Part shown: in pieces, positions 45,492 through 58,900 of the stretch | How positions within the stretch are numbered: the first letter of the stretch is position 1 | Layout: every line of letters begins with the position of its first letter | Origin: Raillietiella orientalis | Taxonomy: Eukaryota | Direction of reading: 5' to 3' | Assembly: GCA_036172245.1 (NCBI GenBank) | Contig: JAYWIR010000001.1 | Coordinates: 6,138,001-6,202,000, forward strand | DNA length: 64,000 nt | Notes under the pieces: generated by a model | What the model was told of the DNA's origin: nothing | Database searches by the model: none | The model's input: only the letters and a program-made list of their open reading frames with translations | Program-made: the position numbers and the translations under genes

Positions 45492-45884
45492 ACGGCGGCT
45501 CGGTGCGCGCGCGCCGTGCCGGGAAGGGCCGCCGTCCAGGAAGGCCGCCCTTCCCCGCTGCGGGCGTGCGGAATCGCCGCCGTCGCCGGCCCTTCCGTTC
45601 TTCCCTCATCCCGTCTGTTCCCGTTGCGCCTTACGCCGATGCAGCGAACGGGACGTCTTGCTGCACGCATCCGTTCGTGGGTGGGTATTTCGTAGGGCCG
45701 CTTCCGCTGCTGCGGAAGGCAGGGAAGCGCGGCCGCCAGCCTGCGACCTGCACAGCTGGGGGGCCGCGTCGAGGTTGCCCTCTTCTTGTCGGAGGTGCCA
45801 AACACGGACCGTCGATGCTGGAAATGGGCAGCGGCTTCGAGTGGGCTGCTCCCGCCGCTCCGCCCAAGCAGGCCCAAGAGGGCC
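45492..45884 (-). repeat. Dispersed repeat of ~390 bp, copy 2
   Basis: Reverse complement of 19145-19533. Confidence 0.9.
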
Positions 45885-47129
45885 CTTTGAATTCCTGCAT
45901 GGGTCTTCATAGGGCGGTCCCTACAGGGTTGCTCCCCCTTAACTTGAAGAGGCACACGTGCCCTCAGGAGTGGAGTGAACAGCACTGAGGGGCTTTGTGA
46001 CCCCTCCCCCATCCAGGATGCGAATGGCGTGCCCCCAGGGTAGCTGCTTTCGGAAGTGAGGACACGACGTTCCGCCCCCGGGGCTGTGCAGCCGCCACCG
46101 GTGGAATCCAGGCTGCAGAGCCGCGGAACCGGGTGACGTCGGAGACGAATCGGTCGGCCGAGCGCCGCGGGAGCGCCTGTCCTTGGTGAGGCGCATGGTG
46201 GACTCGGGTCGAACTCACAGCCGGGGTCCTCCCGCACCCGCTCCAGCGAGGTCGCGTTTCGAGGCGGGAAAACGGCGGGGGGGAGGAGGAGGCGTTGCCG
46301 TGACAGCAGACACCGGTTCGTTCGCGGACTTGTCGCCGAGGTTGCGAAGGGGAGACTCCTTCGCACCGTGGGTCCCCTTCCCCATTCTGCAAGAACCGCC
46401 ATGGCACGCACGACGCCCCTGAGCGGCGGGGTCGTGGAAACGACGGATCATCTGCACGCGTGGGAGCAGAGCGGTCCGCTCGCCGGTGAGGAGTGACGTC
46501 CATGCACGTCCAAGCACGCGGGGTCGCCTTTCCTCCGCGGTCGGTCCGAACGCCCGCGCTTGCGCCTTGCAGCCGACGGCGCGTGAGCGAGCGCGAACGC
46601 ACGCGCCGTCGGTAGCTTCCTCCCCCCTCCCCCTTTACCCCGACTGTGCAGCGCGTGCGCGCACGGCTCCCGCGGTAAGACGCCTGCCGCGGGTCAGTAT
46701 CCACTTCCGGCGCCGCCGCCGCTGACCTCAGTTCGTTTTCCCGCGCGTCCGGGTAAGAGGAGTGGGGGCGAGGTGGGCCCTCAAGGCCTTCGCACCACTG
46801 GCGCGTGCGCACACCTCGAACTCGTTCCTGGCGGCGATCGGGTCCGCGCACCGGCCGCGCCACCACAGCGCTCGACGGAGGTTTCCTCGTCCGGACAGGA
46901 CACCCCTTCGGAGGGCGGGCAAACGTGGCAGGGGCCACCGAGCTGCCGCCAGGAAGGAGTTCGAGGGATGGGCGCCGCCCCCTCGATCACCTCAGGAGTC
47001 CGGGAACGGGTGGACGGAAACGAGAGGGCGAAGGGCAGGGGTGGGGACTTCCTGTCCCGCGTTTCCCCACTTCCATGAACAGCCGGGAAAATCTTGAACC
47101 GGGAGGAGAAGGGGGCGGTGACTGAATAA

Positions 47130-47450
47130 AGAAGAGGGAAGGGCAGGGGACGGGCTCGGTTTCGCCGCCGGCTCCTTCCTTCCCCGCGCAAATGGCGCTG
47201 GATCTCCGCCTCGACTCCGTCTTCTGGGCAAGGGGGTCACCTAGCAACCGTCCTCCTGCAGGCGGCTGCCACGAGAGGGTGGCCTTCCCTCCTCCTCCAA
47301 GACGTGGCGGGCCGCGGAGCCTGCCGAGAAGGAACCGCCGCGGGGCGGCGTCTCCCCGGTAACGGAACGCCGGAGCTGGCCTCTTCCAATGCTCACGGAG
47401 GGCGCCAGGTCGACTCCACCGAGCCGGGGAGAAGACAGCGCCGCAGGGAA
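47130..47450 (-). mobile_element. Degenerate family B LINE C-terminal fragment
   Basis: 47238-47320 (cacctagcaaccgtcctcctgcaggcggctgcc...agggtggcct) is similar to 8904-8990 (cacctcgtaaccgtcctcatcaaggcggctgcc...agggtggcct). Confidence 0.55.
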
Positions 47451-50400
47451 GAAACGCCCCCCCCCCCCTTCCCCTTGTGCGCGCGTGCGTTCAGGGACGT
47501 ACAACATTTCGTGCCAGATATCGCATGGCAACGGGAACAACGGCAGATCGGCCGCCGCGTCACGACAAGCGTCGGGACGTTCGCAGTGTCGTGGGGACGA
47601 CGGGGTTTGTTAAGGGGGTGGCATTTCCACTCCCCCATCCCCACTCCCACCATGTGACCGGCGTTTTCCACACCACCCACCGGCTCGCGTCGGTCGGAGA
47701 ATCGCATCCGGCCGACGCCTCCGGGAGACGGTTGCCAAGGACGCCCCGGGGCACCCGAACGCCCCGGACGCGCGCACCCCAGGCCTCCGGGGCGCGGAGG
47801 TCCGGCGTTCGCCTTTCCTTCCTACGCCTCTCCCTCTCTTGAGGGGAGGACACCCCTCCCTCCAGTCAGGACCCGGCCTTGACCTAGCCTGGTATTCGCC
47901 GACTCCCGGTTCTTCCCGGCGTCTTCTCGGTGCCGCCGCCTTGAGGAGACGGGAGAACCCGGTCGGGAGAGGTTTGCGACCACAGGTAGCAGCTTGGACC
48001 CCAGAGAAGGCCGCGCGACCTTGCCAGTCGAGAATGCTTGCCCCGAGATCATTCCGGGCTCTTCCTTGGCCGGGAGATCTCCGGCCTTCCGGAGGCACTG
48101 TCGGCCTACTGAGCTCCCCTCCGACCCCTCGGAACCTTCACGATCTTCCCGGCTGCCCCTCGGCGCCACCCACCCGCCATCAAGGACAACCCGCCTCCTC
48201 CTCCGCGCCTCGCATTCCCTCCGACGCCTCTGCTTGTGTTGGAGAAGTTCCGCGGGAAGGGGCGGTGCGGAAGCGAAGGATCAGGGTTCTTCCGCCAGTT
48301 CGGTCCGTGTCTATCTCCCCCCCCCCCCCCACGGGAAAAAGCGGCGACGAAGGAGATCAGGGGGGATGCGGACTCTTCCGAGAGCAAGGCTTCCAGAGTA
48401 GAGGTCCGTGGAAGGAGGGGCCATGCGGCGAGCACGATGGGGAGGGCAGCCACCAAACAGATGCCCCTTCCGGAAGCGCCAGCCCCGTCTGAACGACTGG
48501 GGAGTACAGCCGGGAGAACCGGCCGTCGCCGCACTGCAGAGGACGGCGGGAGGGACGCGTTCCTCGGTCCGTCCGGGACTGAACCTGCTCGGGCAAGGGT
48601 CCCAAGTCGGCGGAGACGCTTCGTCACTCCGGGTAGAGGGACGTGGGGGAGAGGGGAAGAAAACAGGGGTGCGCTGCCGGAGGCGATCAGGACCACCCGA
48701 CTCGCAGGTCGGCCATTACGAGGGGCGAAAAACGTTGCCAGTGGGCAGGGATTCTTTTTTTTTTTTTTTAAAAAAAAAAAAACGAAGCCACAGCGGTAGA
48801 GAGCCGCTTACGGGACGTAGGCGCCTGCTGACCCGCCTGCCCACCTGCGGTGAATGCAGACCTCTAGCGCCCTGGGTTCGGACGACCACTCCCGCTGATG
48901 GGGAAGGCTGGCTCTCCCCGCTGGCGCTGGCGGCGGAGCTCCGAAACGCGGCGGGCTGTCCAATGGCCGTGCCCCGCAGCGCCATGACCATCCGCGGGTC
49001 GCAGAGCGTCGTCGTCAGACAGTGACCTTTCTCCCTTCGGTGCGCGGTTGCCCCGTCCCGGGAGTTGACCACGGCGTGGCGCAGGATCCTACACAGACCG
49101 GACGGGATTTAACCCTCTCCTCATGAGGGGTTGCCAGACGTGCCTTCTCCAGCATTCGCATGACTACCGCCCTCGACGTCCGGAAGTCCTTCCTTCCGGT
49201 TGCTCCTTTACCGGACGAGACTGGCCCTTCCGAGCAGAGGGCTTCCCGAGCACGGGAACTTCTCTCTGCTGGTCCTCCCAAGCTGGTGACGCCTGCATCC
49301 TGTCATTCACCGCCAGCAGCAACGCCTTCTGGGGGGACCTCGCATCGCCGCGTGCACCCCGAGGCGCACCAGCGCGATGGGTGGCGGGAAGCTGAACCGA
49401 GGCGATTTCCCCGGAAGCCAGGAAGGCGGAAGATCGGACGGGAGATGGGTCGCGGCGCTTGCGCCCTCCCGAGGCAGATCGTGTTCTCTGGGAGCTCGCG
49501 TCCCGCGTTGCGTTGGTTTGCGACCTGGACCCAATCATCCTTCCCCCTGCCGTGGGAAACGAAGGCATTCTGACCGGGGAGAGGACCGCGCATGTCTTGG
49601 TCGGGCCTTCGAGCCCCAATTTCCCGCCGGCTCCGGAGGGCTGTTGCTAAGGTTCGTCTGAGTCAACTGGGCGGGTCTCCTCCCTCACGGGAGGAGGGAG
49701 GAGCGTTGAGGTGCCTCTCGCAACTGAAGCGTTCGTCTTCGGAAGCCCTTCGACCTGGCCAGCCTCCACCCACCCCGAGCCGCTGGGTCGCCGCGAGAGG
49801 CACCACCCGAAGGTCGGGCGCGTCGTCTGATCGGCATCGAGGGACGCCACGGACTCTTCGCCGCCCTTCCATCCGCCGGAGGACTGCCCGCCGTCTGGGA
49901 CGCGGGCAGGCGGCGCGCGCACGAGGGTCTCCCATGCAGTCGCCTCTCGTCGGGAGGTGGCGAGCAACCTCCTCGGGAGATCCGCGGTCGCCGGCGGACA
50001 GCAAAGGATGGGGGACAGCGCAGAACTCTTAGACCATGACCTCCTGTGTTGGAAACGGAGGCGTCCCTCACGCTCGTCCGCGTCTGCTGCTGCCCTCAGC
50101 AATGAAATCTGGAACCAACCGGGATGAAGGGAGAGCACGGGGCGGGACGTTCTCGCCAAAGTCCGAGAGCTCCGGCAAGAAGCCGGCCGACGTGCCCGCG
50201 GCATCCATCCAGTGTCCTCCCGGGGGAAGGATGGTAAGGGAGGGGCTCCAGGTAGGCGGGTGGGCAACATGCCACCTATTCAGTGTAGGGCACGCTTAAT
50301 GTAATTAATGTAGTCCACACGTAACTGGGACAATGCGGAATAGCGCGGATTCGGCTGGCAGCGCTTCGGCCGCCGCTGTCCAAGGGAGGCACCGGACCTC

Positions 50401-50789
50401 CGACGCCCCGTGGGGGCTGCTCGCCAGTTACCCATCCGAGGGCGACTCGTGTTCATTGCCGGCAGCATCTGGACATTGCCATCTGCAGTCCCGTGCCTTG
50501 GGTTCCCGGTGACTTGCCGTTGGCTGGGCCGAACCAGGGGCGACGGCGACGTCGCCTCGGTCGCCTCTTCTTTTTCCGGGGTGCTTCTGAACCGCCAGGA
50601 TGTTAGCGAAGTGATCGCCGGCACAAGCCGAAGGAACCTTCTTGCTAGCTGCTCCCGCTGCTGGGGACGCTCCTGAAGAACGGCGGAACTCCGTGCTCCG
50701 CACGGGAGGCAGAGAGGAGCGCCGGCATCCGTCGGGCGGCCCCCGCGCAGGGCTCCTGAGGCCATGCGATCCGGCAGCCGGCGGGGTCT

Positions 50790-51302
50790 CGAGTGAGCTG
50801 AGGGTTCCTAAGCAACGGGCAGAACACGTTAGGAAGGAAGCCTACTGGAGGACGAGTCCAACCCGGCTGGCCATGAGATCACAGCCTCGAGTGGCGGGAG
50901 AGAAGGGAAGGGCAGTTTTGGATGGGAATGGGAGGAAGTGGCCCCACCCTGGCTTGCCACTCGTGAAACATAGGCACGAATGATTCCAGCCAAGCTCCAC
51001 TGCGCGACTGCAGCCGCGAGCCAGAGCGTTCTTTTCGGAATTCTTCCACGGACGGTCGGCTTGCGCGCCAAGATCCTTACTGGATGCAAAGAGGCAGCCG
51101 TTCAGAACTGGGTGCCTCGATCTCTTTCCGGGAAGGACAGCTGCCTTCAATTCATGGCTGGAATAAAAGCCAATGACTGGGGTACGAAGCATTAGCAGCG
51201 ACACCCGAGCTTCGAAGGACCTTAGCCAAAAGAAAGGAACAGCTCGTTCACAGATCGCAGTTTCTTCGGACGGCCATCTGCGCTGATGTGGACAGGCGTT
51301 CC

Positions 51303-51338
<36 letters not shown>

Positions 51339-52150
51339 GAAACCGAGGGGAATAAACTTCTGCTCGAAACTAGGCTCATTGTCGGATTACCCACCCTGAG
51401 GCGATGACTCATCATGAGTAACATGTGCCCTCGAGAATGATACCGAGTGGAAATCTGCCTTTGCCATGGTCTGGAAACGACTGGCACCAGCGACTTCAGC
51501 GCCTCTTTGGAAAGATCAGGAACGTTTCTCTGGTCGACTTGTTTTTGCTACGAATGGGGATCCTTTCCCTTTCTCGAGACGATTCTGGATGACCTCCCCA
51601 CCGAGTGCACCCCTTTCGTATCGCTTTCGTTCCTTTCTTTCTGGAGCACCGGGACGCTGGCTGCTCTCGTTATCTGGAAGCGCAGGAGGAGACTACAGTT
51701 CGCCCGCTTTCGACCACACATCCGCTCCCACAGATGAAGCACGCGGATTTGGGTGCAATTCAATCCCGCGCGGAGGAGCTTACAAAGACGCAAGATGACG
51801 TCAGCTGCTGACGGTGTGCATTGACAGGAATCTGCGCCCATTTGCGCACTAGCGACTTGCCCTGGGCGCGTCCTGCAAAGAGAACGAAGGCTGGAGGCTG
51901 CGATGCGACGACGAACAGTCGATGAGCGTTGTCCAGGATCCCGTCTCCAGATCTTCCATGGCGGCCACATCCACACCGAAACTTGGAAGCTGAGGAGCAA
52001 GTCGAGAGCAGAAGCAACGCTTCTCAAGATCGATGCGCGTCTCGCAAAGTGTAACAGGATGACCGCAAGAGCGCGAGCGCATAACAATCTGCAGAACTTG
52101 GTCGAGGCTGGCATTCCGTTTCCATGCAGCCCATCCCGGTGCTCTCCGAT
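50790..52150 (+). mobile_element. Very decayed LINE remnants: zinc-finger region, then a possible RT-region piece
   Basis: WEEVA/HPGLP...HCAT at ~50930-51010; DTEWKSAFAMV at 51439-51471 (compare DxxKAFDxV); KIDARLAKCNRMTARARA at ~52025-52080 (compare KIxxRLxxW..LSxxGR). No YADD is visible. Confidence 0.35.
51305..51332. repeat. (AG)n microsatellite
   Basis: About 14 units. Confidence 0.95.
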
Positions 52151-53950
52151 CTCTGTGAGAGGAAGCGGAGTTGCGTGAGGCTCGATTGCCAAGCAAAAGG
52201 AGTGGAATCCTGAACGGTGGGAGTTCCTTCCCGCTCCCGTCCTGGAGGGGGGGAGAGAGCCGGGTGCCGTCTTCCTCGAACGCTTCTCCAAGCTTCCTGA
52301 GGCTGCCGCTGGATAGATGCAGGGCCGGCGTGGAGTTTCGCGGAAAGCCCTCGAATCCTGAAACTACGGTCCGCGGGGCTCTGGAGCCACACGGCCGTTG
52401 GACAGCGTCGGCTGGCCGGGAGGGAGGCGAAAAAGGTGGGTCTGGCACCCGGCAGGGGGAACAAACAAACCCGAGTAATCGCGACTGCTGTTTCTTTAAC
52501 TCTGAAGCCGGCGTCCCGATCGCAAGCGGGGGAAAAAACCTTTCGATCGGGAGGGTAGTCTGGCCGAAAGGGTGGGCGTGGCAGAGACGTCTGATTTTCA
52601 CGCACTCATCCTTCATTTATTTGCTCGATCGCGGGCCGGCCTGCCCTCCACTGCTCCTCGGCTTTTCGAGGCGACACCTACGGGACGCCAGGTGGGGGCC
52701 CCCCTCCCCCCTGGTTCGGAGGTCCAGCCCCGATCAAGCGCGTCAATACGACGTGAACGGCGCATGAGGAGTGCAGGCGTTTGCCTGCACTCCTCATGCC
52801 ACGTTCGGTGTTTACCCCACGTCCGTTCCCACCCCTTCGTCGGCCACGGAGGCTGCGATGGAAGGTGCCGGACAAGCCAAGCAAACCACCACGAATCCAC
52901 TTCCGCCGCTTGCCAGACGCGGCACGGAGGAGCGTCCGCCATCTTGCCTCGGGAGATGAAAGCTCACAAGCAGAAGGGAAAAAGTGCGAATCCGATCACG
53001 GGGATCGCTTCGTCGGGGAATGCGCCCACGAATCTCCCAGCGCAGTTAGGAGACGAGAAAAAGGTCACGCCCCTGCATGCGAAAGAATGCGCGCTCGCGG
53101 GAGCGGCGCAACGGAAACCGGCAGCGTCGTTGCGGGCCCCCACGTTGCGTCGAGAGAAAACGAGACGCTTCGAGCTGCGTTCGCTTTCCGAAGGAGCGAC
53201 CGATGCCCTGGTCGCTGCGGCATCGCGGTGGGCGGCCCATGCCGGCGGCGGGCGCCCAGCGGCCCCTTGCTTCTTGCCCGTCTCCTTCCAAGAAGTGCAT
53301 CCACACGTCTTAGGGGGAACCGGAAAAGACAAAGCCGGGCACGAAAAGCCTTTCTGGAGGAGGAGGAGAGGGGTGCACTTGCACTTAGCGACAGCATCAT
53401 CGAAGAACGCCCAAAGTCTGCTGGCACAGAGTGACGCTGGAGGGCGAGTCTGTGCCAGAAAGAGGCAGACGCTCGTCCGTTTTGTGCGTTTAAGGTCCGT
53501 TTGTGGTTTGTGTTTGTGGGGGAAGGGTCGAGACCAGGAGAGGGCTAAGCCCCGCCGCCACAGAACCTGGCCGTCGGCAAATCTCGCCTTTCGACCCGAA
53601 CGCCTTGAGAGTTCCCCGCGTCGATGTCCCAGAGGGGGCTCCCGCAGTGCTGAAGAGAAGTCCCTGAACCCGACCAGTCCGAATCGCGCGCCTGACCCGA
53701 AGAACGGGGGAGGAGAAGCGCACGCATGTCCGCGAACCAGCGGGTCTGCATCGCCGCTGGAGAGACCGCCACTGTGTCTCCGGAGGGGATTTTTATTTCT
53801 TCTGCAACGGGCGGAGCCACGTCTCGTCTGGTTCCGAGCAGTCGGCGGATGCGGGAGGCATTCCCTCGCTGACCCGCTCGCCCCGTCCTGGTCGTCCTGG
53901 CCCTCTCCGAAACGTCAATAGTGTTTCCGGAAGCCCCGCAGAGAGGGGTC

Positions 53951-55953
53951 TCACTGCAGGACCACTTTGAATTTGCTCTCGTGCAGGCTGAAGAGCACCA
54001 CCACGGACACCTTCTTCTCGAAGAAGAGCTTGTACAGCTCGCTGCAGACGTTCTCCAGGTACTTGCGGTAGCGCGGATGCCTGGAATCACAGCAGGTTCA
54101 GTCGAACGGCGAGAGCGCAAGCGCCGGTGGACGCCCCCAGGAGAGAATTCCCGGCTCCTCTTTGCGTGAGACAAGCTCCAATCACGCAGAAGGTGGATCC
54201 ACCTTCGGTCACCAGGATCTTTCCAGAGCAGGCGCCCTCTGGAGATGAGAAAGGAAAAAAACATTCTCCTGGATTCAGACGAGCGGCCCGTGCGTGCGCG
54301 CGCAAGTTCGTGACCCCCAATGGGCGAAAGCAGCAGGCAACAATTGGGCGCGTGGAGCTCGGGGCATGCCTCCGTTCCATCCTCCCGTGTTGTCCCTCCG
54401 CCGCCAGGGTCCTTGGGGGGGAGGGGGGCAGCGGGTGTCTCCTGGACCGCGCGTTCCCAACGGGAAGCCGGGCGTGCTTACTACTGGAAGAAGACTCGCT
54501 CGAGCGCGTGCGCGGGAGGGAATGGAAAGGTGCACATCTTGCTTTCACCGGGTTCCCGCAGTCTCCCGACCTGTCCCCGCCTTCCGAGGACCATACCCGT
54601 GAATCCAACAGCCTCCCACCGCCGGAGGAGGCCAGCGAAAATCGCAAGCGCAAGAGCGCCGCCTTCCGTCCCCGGCTGCGTTTCCTCGTGTCCAGAAACT
54701 GACGACAGCTTCCCCAGAACCATGAGCGCGTCGCAAGGAGTCCGGGCGCGCCACCTTCCAGTGATTCTTCCACGCGATCGCCTCTGCAGTTCCAGTGGTC
54801 CCCCCCCCCCCGCCCTCGAACCAGATTTCTCACTACGAAACTGCCACCGGTGACGCAACGATCGTGAGCAACTCCGTAGCCTCCCTCTGCTCGCATCGAC
54901 CCACGTGAACACGGTGAAGGGACAGGGTTGCTTCCGCGTCGAGAGGCACCGCGGTCCTCGGGGGCGGTGAAGCTTTGCCGTTTCACCCGCAGCCACCCCG
55001 ACGGCATGAGCAGCCGCGGCCTCCTCGACATTTGGGGAAGCTCCTCGACCGGTCGGTCCATGTCTTGCAGCCGTCAGTTCGTTTCCTCCTCCTCCCCCTC
55101 CCCGAAAACATCAGTTCCTCCGCACTCACGCACTCACAGGCATTCATCACATCCTCCGTCATTTTCGGAATTCTGTCATCTCGACAGGAACGTCCGAGAA
55201 CGCAACATTTAGTTGGTGCCATTCTTCATGCCCGCGTTCCGCGGCACCGGGGGCACCCGAGAAGACGCACGGTCGTGCTACTGCCGACGTTCAGAGTTTC
55301 GCTGCTGGGTGGGCAAAAGGGAGCCTGACAACCCTGTGAATCCGCGGCGCGGGGCACCTCGCCCCAACCTTCAATCAGGGTCCCACCACCACCTTCACGC
55401 CGAGAGCGCAGCGAGCAGCGCGTGGGGGATTCCGCGCCTGCAAGCACTGACACAATCACGCTGACTACCTCTCCAGGATCAAAGGGACGTCCTCATAAAA
55501 ATGGTCCGCGCTGTCGAAATTCAGGTAGGCGGCCAAAGTCTTCACAGCCACGAACGGCAACTCCAGTGCTGCTACCTCCACGTGCGTCTTGTGCGCCAAG
55601 TTGTTCAGCACGTCAGCGACCATTGTGTAAATCTGAAGCACAGGAGATGATCCCCTGAGGTGGCTGCCTGAAGTTTTTCAACTAGCAATAATCACGGCTC
55701 AGTCGCCTTCCTCGCCTATGATACTGCCCGTGCGCAAGGCTGCCTGAAGAAGGGTACCTGAGCTTCGTAGCGGCGCCGCGCACTGGACATCAACTTGTCA
55801 GCGGTCAGAAAAGTGTAGACGACGATCGCGCTGTCCGAAGAGAGGGAACGCGTGACGTCGCTCCTCTGCAGCTCGCTGAGGTCCGTCTTCGCGTAACCGG
55901 CCTTCTGCAGGTACTCCGTCAGATCGCCGACAGGAACCTTCCGCTCGTGCAAC
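53951..55953 (-). CDS. GCN2: GCN2 exons: C-terminal domain
   Basis: Three exons (55953-55758, 55632-55469, 54080-53951) not joined in the ORF track; they encode ...[39 protein letters not shown]... [38 protein letters not shown]. Confidence 0.88.
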
Positions 55954-58900
55954 CTAACGTCAAACGGAAAGGACTGCACTGTGCCGACGGTAGCCTCTCG
56001 GCGCGTCAACGGTCTGCCCCCGGATGGACACCAACGGAGGGTCGCAACGCACGCGCGACTCGCCCCGATGCGCCCTACGCGCGACGGAGCCGCCACCAAC
56101 GACCGCAACGCCGATTCTTGCATTCGGCTGCTTCCCCGAAACGGCAAGGCAAGTCGACACTCGTCTTTGCGTTCCGCCCCGCACCGGGAGACTCCTTGTC
56201 CAGCCGCGACCGCCGACGAACCCACGCCTACGGAACAGTTCCGACGCGCGGCGGACACCCTCCCCCTCCCCCCGATGCCCGCGAGCAAAGCGCGTCCCGC
56301 GGGCGCTCGCAGCGAAAGTGGCGAGAAACCCGGTGCTGGCGGACGCCCGCTCTGCCCGGAGGGGCCGCTGCTGCAGCCGCTACCGACAAGCGGTGCTCTT
56401 TCTCCTGCGCTCCCGAGGGACGCGGTCGGACGCGGGGTCACTCCCATCTCCGGAACCACCTCCGCCGCCGTCCCGCTCTTCGGAGGCGCCCCGTGACGCC
56501 CTCCAACCGCACGTGCGTGTGCCGCACGCAAGGAAAGAGACGCAACTCTTCCGGAAGTCGACCTGCAAACGACCGGGGTCGCACCACTCCTGGGCAGCGG
56601 GAGCGGCGTCAACCCGAACAACGAAAGAACCGGCGAAGAAACGGAGCAGCCAAAGAGGCGAATGGGCGAGCGGAAGGGCGCCTCCGAAAGCGGAGGGACT
56701 GCCGCCGCCCGGCAACGCGTGACGAGGAGCAGCGCCAGGGGGGTCCGCAGACCTTTCCGCGACCCGCGACCGCCGCCCCGGCTTGCCGGAGAGCGACAGC
56801 ACCGACGGCGACGCGTGCCGACGCGGGTGCGCGGATTCCTTCGCCGGGAATGCGCGCGGGGACGGCTCGCGGTCCAACGCTTTTTCCAAAATTCGAAAGT
56901 GCTTGCTTACTTATCTTTATCCCAAGTTCGCAGGCGCACGAACCCACTCTCGGATTCCTTCAGAACAACCAGGTGCGACACTCCCGCCTCGCGGCACTTG
57001 TTCTGGACGTCTTCCAGACTCTGAAACCGGCTCGAACGACGCGGCCAGCTCCACGTTCCTACCTGAACCGGGCTGTACAGCAGCTGCGAACGTATCCCGG
57101 AACTCCACAGGCTGCCGGCCAACTGCGCCTTTTCCCTGAGCAGCAGTCCCCGGCCGACGGAACAGACGACCGCTTCCAGCGGACAGATCTCGGGAATGGC
57201 CGGAACGGCGTCCTTACGCCGCAGCACGTGCAGGATCTTGTCCGCGAAGACGCTGATGCCCACGGCCGACGGTACCGGGTCCGCCGGACCCATGAATTTC
57301 TGCCTGAAACCACACGGCTGGGAGGGACAACGCCACCGACAGCGCCCTACCGCCGCCAGCCGTCCGTCCCAGCAGCGGGACGGGCAAAGCAGCAGCAGGG
57401 TGCGTGAGCACGGATCGTCCGGGAGCGCCGGGCGGGATGGGATGCTGCGCGGCCGGGAGCTCGCGGGGACGGAGGGGGCGCCCGCCTACCTGAACTGGGC
57501 GATCAAGCAATCGTAACGCCCTCCCGAGGCGAGGATGTTCAGGTGGTCCACTTTGTTCCTCTTCCCTTTCATCACGTACTCGAAGGTGATGCCTCGATAC
57601 TTCTGAGGGTCCAGCACGAGGATAGGCACGATGGTCCAGGAGCACTGAGAAAGAAACACGAGTTACGGAAGTATGGATGTCGCGGAAGGGCAGGGATCGG
57701 AATGAGGTGATTTAGGCGGAGCGCAGGTCGTCAGGAGGGGTCGCGCGCGGCTGCGGGGTATACCGAGAATCCCATCCAAGTAGCCTGCTGGACCACGGTT
57801 TCGATGTCCTGCAAGGCCGACTTCACGAGGGAGGCGGAGCGGTCGTTTCTGGGCAGGACGGACTTGAACAGCCTCTGTATTTCTGGGACGGTACCCTCCG
57901 TCTCCGCGAAAAGCTGCAGCACGTGCAATGTCCTCTCCGGAAGGCCCAGGCTGGTCAGGTTGGACTCGCAGCGCATCCAACTCCAGTTCTCGTACTGCGG
58001 TGGGGAAGTCTGTCAGTGCTGCGACGCCCCCCTCCTCCTCCAGGCAGTACCCTTTTCGCCTGGAAGATCGCCGAGACCGTGCTCCGCTGCTGAAAGTCCA
58101 ACGCGCAGGCGTCGAAGATGGCCTGCAGCAGCGAAGAGTGGTTGATGCAGAGTAAGTGGTGGTGGTGGTTGTGCAGCGACGGTATCTCTGACACGATCTC
58201 GGAGACGACAGTCAGCACCTCGCTCTCCGGCATGAGGTTGGACGGGTTGGGCGCGACAACGTCGAAGGCGCACTCGAGCAGTTCGTGCGGGTGGAAGCCG
58301 AAGACCTGGCACTCAGCGAACACCTTGCCGATGCGGTAGCAGCGGAGGATGTCGATGTTCTTCTTCCGGGCTAGGAAGCGCGCCAGGGGGGTGCGCAGGT
58401 CTCGAGGCAGCGCAACGACGTTCCCGCTGTGGTCCATCAGCTTGACTGCGCCCTTAGAAGCGCCCGGCACGGAGGGCATCAGGAGAGGAGGGGCAAACGC
58501 GATCGCGCCGTGCCACTGGAAGACGTGGTGGATCAGGTTCTGGAGCGCGCTGGACAGCTGCAGCTGGAACAGGTGAGCCGACTCCTTGGAAACGTCCATG
58601 TCGTACGCGATGTCCTGCACGGGGTCCATCTCCTTGGGATACCGTGCGCAAGAAAAACGACAACCATTACCGCGCTTGCGCGTACTTGGCTGAAACAGGA
58701 AGAGACCAGGTGCTTGTAGGCTTTGGACTGCGGGTTGGAGATGGCGTGCTTCACGACCTCCTGAAGCTGAGCCTCTTCCAGCTGGGGGGGCACCAGGTCA
58801 GATTGCAGAAGCTCCAGGGCGCTTGGTCGCTTCAGAGGGTCATGGTCCAGGAGCCACCTGGACACAGAAGACGAAACGCCGGTCTCCGCCGCGTCCTCTC

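Noticed and set aside
52572..53921. 449-aa plus-strand ORF; likewise 55947-57407 (486 aa) and 35810-37060 (416 aa)
   Set aside because: GC-driven or antisense to GCN2 exons; low-complexity composition and no domain motifs.
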